A stretch of DNA of 8,221 nt from an uncultured Polyangiaceae bacterium (lineage in GTDB: Bacteria; Myxococcota_A; Polyangia; Polyangiales; Polyangiaceae). The notes under the pieces were generated by a model. That model worked only from the letters and a program-made list of their open reading frames with translations. It did no database searches and was not told where the DNA came from. The position numbers were made by a program, and so were the translations under genes. The DNA lies in NCBI GenBank assembly GCA_964609655.1, contig CAZSUA010000063.1:4113-12333 (forward strand). Reading direction: 5' to 3'. Below are positions 1-5,726 of this stretch, in pieces (the stretch's first letter is position 1; each line of letters opens with the position of its first letter).

Positions 1-100
1 TTCCCACAGGAGCCACCTCCGATCGCTCCCATCATGGAGTGGTAGGCAGCGAGCAGCTGCCACCGGCTCTGCCAGCTCACCAGATCCGATGGCTAGAGCG

Positions 101-2662
101 TTAGCCTGGGAAGATGCTGTAGACGACTGGTGTTTTCCCGGCACTGAAGTAGTAGACCACACCCACCAAGATCCAGAACAAGCCCGCCAGAAGCTCGCCC
201 GCGATGATGCCCACCATGAGCGGCCGCACTGACCGATAGCCCTTGGCGCCGGTCGTCGAAATCACACCTGACTTCAACATCCAGCCGAGGAGAAATGAGG
301 CTCCAAAGTGGGCGATCGGCGTGCTGCCCCAGACCAGAAAAGCCACCGGATGCAGCGGCCAGCTTGGCACCCTCAACCGCCCGAGCGCCGCAACAATTAC
401 TAGAAATAGCCCCAAGCCAAGCCAGAAAACGGCACCCTCCAACGGCCGCACGAGCGAAAGGCGTCCGAGCCCCACAGCTTGGGTTGCCTCTGCGATGGAG
501 CCCTTCGAAATCGATTCGGAAAGGTGCTGAGCCATGAGGTCAAACCCCATCGCTGGCATGTATTGCACTTGCCAGGCGCCATTGATCGGCGCAGCTCCAC
601 GGTTGTATTGCAGATAGAAAGTAGCGGCGCCGGCAACCACGAAGCCGGATAGGATCATGAGAATCAGCCACGGGGTCGCTTTGGCGGGTGAGACCTCTGC
701 CGTACGATCCACGAGGCGCAGACCGTTCGCGAGGTAAGGCATGAAGGCTTCGCGTGGGTCCATCGTCAGGATAACGCTTGCTAGGGCGAGGATCGAAAAG
801 GCGGTGGGCCCCACCGAATCAAAGCCCAGAAGGGCGGTGATCACGCCTGCAGGTGCCCAATACGGCTGCAAGAAAAATGCCCCCGTTTCGGTGGCAACCC
901 GCGTCATCACCAAGAAAAGCAGGAGCGTTAGGAGCACGAACAGGCACGAAAAAAGGAAGCTCAACCCGGCACCGTGCAGGAGGTACAGCGCGAATAGGAT
1001 GAAGAGCACCAGCGCTCGGGCAGCCCAAATTGAATAGCCGGGTACCTCAGATGACTTGCGCCTGCCTACGGCACCCAACAACACCTGCGTGTAGAAATGG
1101 CGCCCGGTGTAGAAAATGATCCCGGCCATCCCAAGAAATGAGCCGAACCTGAGGAGATTCGAGTTCTTGGCGTCGAGAATGTGGCCGTCCAACGGGAAGC
1201 CTTGGGCCAACATCACAGCGCCCACCATGACAAACAGGAGCTGCGCGATGCCGAGGCTGAAGGAAACCTGCGTTGGCATGAAGAAGCTAAACGCAATCAC
1301 CGACATGTACAGCGTGGGAGCGAAGTAGCCCCAAGAGCCAGAGACTTTCGCGGCGTTCGGGAACAGCACGGCAAGGGCTGTGAAATCGAGGTTCCGTGGG
1401 ATCTCGGGGATGCCGGGGAACCAAGCGTGCAAGCCATTGATAAGGTGCCAGCCAAACAGGGCGATGAACCCGGCCCAGAAGAGCTTGCTCCGCGCGACAT
1501 CCGGCAAGGAATTACCGGGCTTTCTTTCGACGGCTTCTTCGATGAAGCGTGCCACCGGGTACGCCAAAAGCTCCCGTTTGGACCACTGAGGATGCACGAT
1601 GAGCGCCATGCAGAGCGATGCCAGCGCAAAGGCAATCGCCAGCCCACCCCACAACCAAATCGTCGGCCACCACGCGTGCCAAGGCAGCCCACTCAGGCTG
1701 AGCTGATTGTTCAAACCTCGGCCTTGCAGGAGCGTGTCGACGGCCAGCGGATCGGCACGGCCGCCTAAGAGCAGAGCGCCGCTACCGCTCGGTGGTGCGA
1801 TAAAGAATTCAGGAAGGGCCCCCACGAGGGCCCCACGGTTCAGCGCGATCGTCTCCGCTTCGCTGCGTTGTTTGGCAGGTTTGTGCGCAATTGCGGCGAG
1901 GGTTTCAGAGAGCGGAGCCTTAAAAATTGCAGGATTGAAGAGCGTGGGCTCGCTCAACGCTTGGTTCAACGCGTGCGTGAGGTTCGGAAGTTGATCGACA
2001 TCCAGCTTCGGCGTGTTGGCGGCTTGCTCAAACAGGCGCTGCGAAGCTGTATTCATGGCTCGGAAGAGCTGACCCTGAGCCGTTGGGTTCTTCGCCTGTT
2101 GCACGAGCTCGCGCGGCAGCCGTTCCCAAGCTTTCACCTGCCCCTGGCCGAACTCGGACGAAGCGCCTGGCACGTAAGAAAATACATTCGTGGATTGCCA
2201 CGCGGTCTTGGTCTTCAGCCAGTGCGAGGGCAGCGCGGTGACCGTGGCGAACGCGCGGTAGAAATTCGAGCCCGGCCAGCCACAAGCAGCCAAGCCGAGG
2301 GCAACCACCACAGCTATTTCACTGCCCTTCAGAGGGAAACGAGGCCCTAGCGTGCGCAGAGCGGGATTGATCCCGAGCAACAACACGACGGCAAAGCCGA
2401 ACACCGAGATCGGGAGGTGATTCCCAATGAGAGGCGTCTGCCCGATCACCCAATCGTTAAAAAACGTTGAGAGCGAGATGCCCAGACCGAGCAATAAACC
2501 GATGATTACGCCGCGCAGCGTCATTGAACTGAGAGTGTCGAGGAGGCCTTCGGGACCCGTGTAGGAAAAGGAGGGGCTCTTGTACAGGACTCCCAACGCT
2601 CCGCCTAGTTGAGGGTTTCGATTGAGACCCAGCGCCGCTTGCGCTATGGCCGGCTGGGTCAT
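101..2662 (-). CDS. Large polytopic integral membrane protein, function unknown (853 aa as drawn)
   Basis: Uninterrupted 853-codon ORF ending in TAA (tta at 101-103 on the + strand). The translation has about 16 helix-length hydrophobic segments, e.g. MTLRGVIIGLLLGLGISLSTFF, VFGFAVVLLLGI, IAVVVALGLAACGW, WLWGGLAIAFALASLCMALIV, LSFLFSCLFVLLTLLLFLVM, VFWLGLGLFLVIVAALG and LMVGIIAGELLAGLFWILVGVVYYF. One ~200-aa hydrophilic, Q/N/A/L-rich insert (aa ~136-335) follows the third segment. I can name no transporter or enzyme signature. I have only a vague, unverifiable recollection that proteins of this size and shape are annotated DUF6785/DUF6784. The start is uncertain: ATG at 2662-2660, or ATG at 2524-2522 (Met47), which sits directly before the first hydrophobic segment. 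Confidence 0.85.
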   Translation of the reverse strand: MTQPAIAQAALGLNRNPQLGGALGVLYKSPSFSYTGPEGLLDTLSSMTLRGVIIGLLLGLGISLSTFFNDWVIGQTPLIGNHLPISVFGFAVVLLLGINPALRTLGPRFPLKGSEIAVVVALGLAACGWPGSNFYRAFATVTALPSHWLKTKTAWQSTNVFSYVPGASSEFGQGQVKAWERLPRELVQQAKNPTAQGQLFRAMNTASQRLFEQAANTPKLDVDQLPNLTHALNQALSEPTLFNPAIFKAPLSETLAAIAHKPAKQRSEAETIALNRGALVGALPEFFIAPPSGSGALLLGGRADPLAVDTLLQGRGLNNQLSLSGLPWHAWWPTIWLWGGLAIAFALASLCMALIVHPQWSKRELLAYPVARFIEEAVERKPGNSLPDVARSKLFWAGFIALFGWHLINGLHAWFPGIPEIPRNLDFTALAVLFPNAAKVSGSWGYFAPTLYMSVIAFSFFMPTQVSFSLGIAQLLFVMVGAVMLAQGFPLDGHILDAKNSNLLRFGSFLGMAGIIFYTGRHFYTQVLLGAVGRRKSSEVPGYSIWAARALVLFILFALYLLHGAGLSFLFSCLFVLLTLLLFLVMTRVATETGAFFLQPYWAPAGVITALLGFDSVGPTAFSILALASVILTMDPREAFMPYLANGLRLVDRTAEVSPAKATPWLILMILSGFVVAGAATFYLQYNRGAAPINGAWQVQYMPAMGFDLMAQHLSESISKGSIAEATQAVGLGRLSLVRPLEGAVFWLGLGLFLVIVAALGRLRVPSWPLHPVAFLVWGSTPIAHFGASFLLGWMLKSGVISTTGAKGYRSVRPLMVGIIAGELLAGLFWILVGVVYYFSAGKTPVVYSIFPG

Positions 2663-3443
2663 GCCGAACGAGCTTTTGCAGCCGAATTCGGGCAGCCAGC
2701 TTCGCGTGGTGCACTTGGCGAGGCTGCCGCGGCATTGGCAGAATCAGCCCCACCAGCATCCCTATAAGGAGATTGTTATCCCCACCAGTGGCTGCGTGGA
2801 AACCACGGTTGACGGTCAGACCAAGAAGGCGGGTCCGGGCGAAGTGTTGCTCTACCCAGCGCACGTGGTTCATCAGTCCCGGGCGCTCAACGGCAAGCCA
2901 CTCACCCAAATTGTTGTCGGCTGGTCAGGCCAGCCAAAAGTGAGCTTGCCCGATGTGCTGACGTGCTTGCCGGATGCTTCAGGGCGGCTAACGGTTCTTG
3001 GGCGTTGGTTTTTGGAGGTGCATCCGACGGCGGACAGCGCTCAGCAAGAATTGGCGCAGGCGTTGCTCACTTCGTTGCTGTTCGAGATCAGCCACAATCT
3101 CCAGTCTCACGTTTCCAACTTAACATCCATCGTGCAACGCCACGTGAAAGCTCACTTGGCTGAGGATCTTTCGATTTCAAACTTGGCCGAGGCTGCCGGG
3201 CTCAGCCCTTTTCACTTCGCCCGCCTCTTTAAAGAAGCCGAGGGCATCCCGCCGATGACCTTCGTTCGCAACGCGCGGATCGCCGTAGCCCGAACGCTCC
3301 TCGAAACCACACGTCTCACGCTGCGCGAGGTGGCGGAAAGTGTTGGCTTCGGGGACCAATTCCAACTTTCTCGAATCTTTCGGCGAGTTTTGGGCGTCTC
3401 ACCGAGCGAGGTGCGTGCAGGCCAGCGGGAGCCTGCGAAGTAG
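2661..3443 (+). CDS. AraC/XylS-family transcriptional regulator (N-terminal cupin-type sensor plus C-terminal double HTH)
   Basis: The N-terminal part, HQHPYKEIVIPTSGCVETTVDGQTKKAGPGEVLLYPAHVVHQ, fits the AraC-type cupin pattern (His-x-His...Glu...Gly...Pro...His). The C-terminal ~100 aa, VQRHVKAHLAEDLSISNLAEAAGLSPFHFARLFKEAEGIPPMTFVRNARIAVARTLLETTRLTLREVAESVGFGDQFQLSRIFRRVLGVSPSEVR, is a textbook AraC HTH pair (SxxHFxRxFK ... GFxdxsxFsRxFrrxxGxSPsexR). The stop is TAG at 3441-3443. In-frame start candidates are TTG 2622 (GAGGG at 2611-2615, 6-nt spacer), ATG 2646 and ATG 2661. I chose 2661 because the residues before it (MRPSAACAMAGWV) look non-native. Confidence 0.9.
   Translation: MPNELLQPNSGSQLRVVHLARLPRHWQNQPHQHPYKEIVIPTSGCVETTVDGQTKKAGPGEVLLYPAHVVHQSRALNGKPLTQIVVGWSGQPKVSLPDVLTCLPDASGRLTVLGRWFLEVHPTADSAQQELAQALLTSLLFEISHNLQSHVSNLTSIVQRHVKAHLAEDLSISNLAEAAGLSPFHFARLFKEAEGIPPMTFVRNARIAVARTLLETTRLTLREVAESVGFGDQFQLSRIFRRVLGVSPSEVRAGQREPAK
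3129..3419 (+). other. AraC-type helix-turn-helix DNA-binding domain within the regulator
   Basis: These are aa ~170-266 of the 2622-numbered ORF, with the two HTH units listed for the regulator CDS. Boundaries are approximate and were set by eye. Confidence 0.8.
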
Positions 3444-3446
3444 CGG

Positions 3447-3468
3447 TAACGCGTACGCGTAAGCGTTA
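3447..3468. terminator. Short palindromic element between convergent genes; a weak candidate for a bidirectional terminator or hairpin
   Basis: The 29-bp gap between the AraC stop (3443) and the FHA stop (3473) contains TAACGC (3447-3452) and GCGTTA (3463-3468) as inverted repeats. It also contains a perfect 12-nt palindrome, ACGCGTACGCGT (3449-3460). No flanking T/A run is present, so this is not a canonical intrinsic terminator. Confidence 0.25.
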
Positions 3469-3472
3469 GAAA

Positions 3473-4378
3473 TCAGCCGATCAACGAACGTTCGCAAGCA
3501 AAATCGGCAATTTCTTCGATTCTTTGCGCGGAGGCTAGGTGCTCAAGGCTCGTCGGTTTGAGTTCGCGTAGCGCGTGCGCGTAGTCGTGGAGTGCCGCTC
3601 GGTTGGCACTCGGTGCTGCCGAGATCGCCTCTCTGAAATCGCTGGCCAGGCGTTCGCTGCACACTGCGTTTTTTTCGCTGAGTAGCGCCACGGCGTGGTC
3701 GAACCATTTGCTGCCGGCGCCAGCCACGGTCAGTTTCAAACTCAACTGAACAGCGCTCAGAAACGTGTCGTCGTCCACTGTGCGGCCCAGCCGTTGCTCC
3801 CGGAGGACTCGCTCAAGGTGCCCTGAGAGCAGACCTTCGGCTTCGGTGGTCTTGCCTGCTAAGAAGAGCGGCTCCGCGGCGCGCGCCACCAATTCAAGGA
3901 CGGCGGTCTGCCGTGTGTGTTCTGCCTGGGTGATGGCGGGGAAATGGGTGGGGGTGATCGCGCTTGCGGCGGAAAGGCCGGTGATCAGCATGCAACCGAG
4001 CGTTCGCTTTGACGCATCAAGTGCGATAACGCGCGCGTGCGGAGGTAGCCCGAGTTCAAAGACCAGCTCTTGGCGTCCGATGCGTAGGGTGTCGCCGTGC
4101 TTCAGCTTATAAGAGCCGGCCACTCGCTGTTCGTTCACGTATACGCCGTTCACACTCTGCAGATCCCGGAAGACGACTTCATGAGCTTTAACCTCGAGTT
4201 CCGCGTGACGTCGCGAGACGAGCGGCTCATCAAAACAGAAGTTGCAGATTGGGCTTCTTCCAAACAGCAGCGTCCCCGGAACCAGGAGAATGCAGTGGTC
4301 CGCGTAGCGCAGCGAAGGCGCGTCGCTAGCTTCGCCGGAGTGGCGTCTTGCGAACCTGCCCGAAGGAGAAAGTCCCAT
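3473..4378 (-). CDS. FHA (forkhead-associated) domain protein with an unassigned helical C-terminal domain
   Basis: The FHA signature residues are all present and in order: LLFGRSPICNFCFDEPLVSRRHAELEVKAHEVVFRDLQSVNGVYVNEQRVAGSYKLKHGDTLRIGRQELVFE (G-R, S-R-x-H, N-G, GD..IG). The stop is TGA (tca at 3473-3475). The track ORF begins at TTG 4387. An ATG three codons downstream (4378-4376, MGLSPSG...) is my preferred start. Confidence 0.88.
   Translation of the reverse strand: MGLSPSGRFARRHSGEASDAPSLRYADHCILLVPGTLLFGRSPICNFCFDEPLVSRRHAELEVKAHEVVFRDLQSVNGVYVNEQRVAGSYKLKHGDTLRIGRQELVFELGLPPHARVIALDASKRTLGCMLITGLSAASAITPTHFPAITQAEHTRQTAVLELVARAAEPLFLAGKTTEAEGLLSGHLERVLREQRLGRTVDDDTFLSAVQLSLKLTVAGAGSKWFDHAVALLSEKNAVCSERLASDFREAISAAPSANRAALHDYAHALRELKPTSLEHLASAQRIEEIADFACERSLIG
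4058..4270 (-). other. FHA phosphothreonine-binding domain core
   Basis: These are aa ~40-110 (TTG-start numbering). They contain G43-R44, S58-R59-R60-H61, N80-G81, G98-D99 and I103-G104. Boundaries were set by eye. Confidence 0.8.
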
Positions 4379-4432
4379 CGAACGCAAGAACGGCCGCGTG
4401 CCTTGAGACTTTAGTGGGAAACGAGCGAAACC

Positions 4433-5551
4433 CTAGAAAGTGCCCGTCACGCCCAGGCTGCCCAGCCCAATGTACGGTGTCACGCTTGAGGCGGCCGCGT
4501 GGTCATCGTTTCCGCTCACAATAAAGAGGGCGATGCCAGCACCTACACCTGCCACGCCGGCGATGATGCCCACGGCGCCGAGCGAGCTGGCACTCGCCGC
4601 GTCGCTATCTAGCTGCTTGATCTTGTCCTGGGTGGCAACGTTGCAGGCGCTGCCTCTTGGAGAGGCGCCACACCCGCTGCTGTCAAAGAGAGAGTTTGAA
4701 TCCGAACTCTTACCGCTGCCATCCAAGAGGAAGAACGTGCCGACACCGAGACCGACGGCGCCTACACCGAAAGCCACGTAGCTACCGATCCGAAGACCGT
4801 TGGGGCCTTTGCCACTTGTTCCGGAATCGCCGCCGGGGGGGGTAAGGCTCACTGCGGCGGTGTTTTCACCCGGAGCGGACGGCACCGCACCCGGGGCGTC
4901 GGGTGTTGGACCGGGAGAGGCAGCTGGCGCAGCACCGTTCTGCTCTTGGAGATCGAGCACCACCGTTTCGCGAGCACCCTCGGCAATCGTGAGCGATTTC
5001 TCCAGAGACTTCTTGCCTTCTGCAAACGCCTGAAACACGTGTTTGCCGGGATCGATCGGGAGCGGAACTCCGAGCAGTGCCTGGGGAATGGCCACACCGT
5101 CCATCGTGACGGTGACCGGTAGCGGGCCTGCGCCTTGGGCAGCGGCAGTGACGTAGGGTAAGCGAGGCTCTAGGAGCTGGAGTTCTTTTTCGGCATCACC
5201 CACCGCGCGCCGTACGGCCTCGGAAGCATCCGCGGCCACGCCCGCCCGTCGGATTTTTAGGTATGTTTCGCGGGCCTTTACCAGCTTGCCGAGCTTCACC
5301 AATGAGCGGGCGAGATACAGCTTCTGCACGGGTGAATGCACAATCGATTCAGCCCTCGTCATCATGTCGACAGCGTCCGCATAACGCCCTTCGTTGAAGG
5401 CTTTAGCGCCCTCCGTGGCTGCGGCCCGCGCACCTGCGATTTCCTCGGAGGTCTGCGCCGAGGCGACACTCCCCAATAAAAGAACGCCTGGTAGGGTTAG
5501 CGAGGCGATGAGAAAAGCTTTCGGACGTCCTAAGAGGCTTCGATGCGGCAT
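4433..5551 (-). CDS. Secreted or envelope-anchored protein: signal peptide, TPR-like helical repeats, PEGA-like beta domain, Pro-rich linker and two Gly-rich hydrophobic C-terminal segments
   Basis: The start is ATG at 5551-5549 and the stop is TAG (cta at 4433-4435). The N-terminus, MPHRSLLGRPKAFLIASLTLPGVLLLGSVASA/QTSEE, is a Sec signal with an A-S-A cleavage motif. AKAFNEGRYADAVDMMTRAESIVHSPVQKLYLARSLVKLGKLVKARETYLKI is TPR-like. PVTVTMDGVAIPQALLGVPLPIDPGKHVFQAFAEGKKSLEKSLTIAEGARETVVLDL resembles a PEGA or carboxypeptidase-regulatory-like beta-sandwich. AAPAASPGPTPDAPGAVPSAPG is a proline-rich linker. IGSYVAFGVGAVGLGVGTFFLL and LGAVGIIAGVAGVGAGIALFIV are glycine-zipper-type hydrophobic segments. 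Confidence 0.8.
   Translation of the reverse strand: MPHRSLLGRPKAFLIASLTLPGVLLLGSVASAQTSEEIAGARAAATEGAKAFNEGRYADAVDMMTRAESIVHSPVQKLYLARSLVKLGKLVKARETYLKIRRAGVAADASEAVRRAVGDAEKELQLLEPRLPYVTAAAQGAGPLPVTVTMDGVAIPQALLGVPLPIDPGKHVFQAFAEGKKSLEKSLTIAEGARETVVLDLQEQNGAAPAASPGPTPDAPGAVPSAPGENTAAVSLTPPGGDSGTSGKGPNGLRIGSYVAFGVGAVGLGVGTFFLLDGSGKSSDSNSLFDSSGCGASPRGSACNVATQDKIKQLDSDAASASSLGAVGIIAGVAGVGAGIALFIVSGNDDHAAASSVTPYIGLGSLGVTGTF
4835..4842. repeat. G8 (C8 on the coding strand) homopolymer tract inside the envelope-protein CDS
   Basis: Counted directly: g at 4835-4842, flanked by c4834 and t4843. On the coding strand it reads ACC CCC CCC GGC (T237-P238-P239-G240). It is the longest homopolymer I found in the window. 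Confidence 0.9.
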
Positions 5552-5559
5552 AGCCTCTT
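5532..5559 (-). promoter_or_regulatory. Hairpin enclosing the start codon and purine-rich pre-start motif of the envelope-protein gene
   Basis: AAGAGGCT (5532-5539) and AGCCTCTT (5552-5559) are perfect 8-nt inverted repeats separated by 12 nt. On the minus-strand mRNA this reads 5'-AAGAGGCU AUGCCGCAUCGA AGCCUCUU-3'. The only SD-like purine run (AAGAGG) is therefore in the 5' arm, and the AUG is the first triplet of the loop. Confidence 0.35.
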
Positions 5560-5726
5560 CACGATAACACGACCCTCACCGCAACCGAAATTGCTGACCA
5601 CCGATGGGGAGCTGCCCTGCAAGGAAAGAAGGTGTTTTGGCCGCGTGGCGGTGGATCCGGCCCGTGCTTCGGGCATTTGGGATTGATGGCCGCTTCGTTT
5701 CAGGGCATCACGCGCACGGTGCCTGA
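5552..5726. promoter_or_regulatory. Divergent intergenic region expected to carry the promoters of the envelope/FHA unit (-) and the Nudix gene (+)
   Basis: This 175-bp gap between two divergent start codons (5551 and 5727) is the largest non-coding stretch in the window. I could not identify convincing -35/-10 or -24/-12 boxes. It contains a small GC hairpin, GCCCG-TGCTT-CGGGC (5660-5674), followed by ATTT. Confidence 0.4.

Noticed and set aside
1-80. A short minus-strand open frame downstream of the membrane gene (GTG at 80-78 or ATG ATG at 35-30, reading ...MMGAIGGGSCG off the left edge) and a GGCAGC-GAGCA-GCTGCC hairpin at 45-61
   Set aside because: At most 26 codons are visible, with no recognisable motif. 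The hairpin has no following U-tract on the minus strand, so it is not a convincing terminator. There is not enough sequence to call a gene.
1181-1768. A 195-aa ORF on the + strand, plus other 60-160-aa ORFs (e.g. 1868-2350 +, 2457-2909 -, 243-530 +), antisense to or out of frame with the large membrane gene
   Set aside because: Their translations are Arg/Pro/Gly/His-rich with no motifs or hydrophobic cores, as expected for the antisense of GC-rich membrane-protein codons. The 853-aa frame explains the region fully. The same reasoning applies to the antisense and alternate-frame ORFs inside the FHA, envelope, Nudix and sppA genes (e.g. 3765-4112 +, 4440-4781 +, 5834-6130 -, 6525-7702 + series, 7011-7343 -).
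2541-2576. Two AGGAGG motifs on the + strand (2541-2546 and 2569-2574) upstream of the AraC gene, as possible ribosome-binding sites
   Set aside because: The only in-frame start after the second motif (TTG 2580) runs into a TGA at 2610-2612 after 10 codons. Both motifs lie too far from the real AraC start candidates. They are explained as Leu-Leu and Pro-Ser codons of the minus-strand ORF, if that N-terminal extension is translated.
4436-4600. A MYXO-CTERM-type sorting signal or an outer-membrane beta-barrel signal at the C-terminus of the envelope protein
   Set aside because: MYXO-CTERM needs a conserved Cys immediately before a single Gly-rich TM and a basic tail. Here the cysteines lie about 20-30 residues upstream of the second hydrophobic segment, and the tail is acidic/neutral and 30 aa long. 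The terminal ...GVTGTF has the final Phe but lacks the alternating hydrophobic pattern at -3 and -9.
5604-5726. A 40-codon upstream ORF (MGSCPARKEGVLAAWRWIRPVLRAFGIDGRFVSGHHAHGA) in the same frame as the Nudix gene, whose TGA stop abuts the Nudix ATG (TGAATG at 5724-5729)
   Set aside because: It has no SD-like sequence, and its Arg/Gly/Trp-rich composition is typical of random GC-rich DNA. The stop-then-ATG juxtaposition is simply what defines the ORF boundary in that frame. Leader-peptide coupling or TGA readthrough is possible, but nothing I can see supports it.
5552-5726. Sigma-70 or sigma-54 promoter boxes (e.g. TTGCTG at 5591, TTGATG at 5683, TGGCGG at 5647) and the imperfect palindrome GGCATCACGCGCACGGTGCC (5704-5723)
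   Set aside because: None of the candidate hexamers has a properly spaced partner (-10 at 17 +/- 1 nt, or GG-N10-GC). The palindrome has several mismatches. I only annotate the region generically as a divergent control region.
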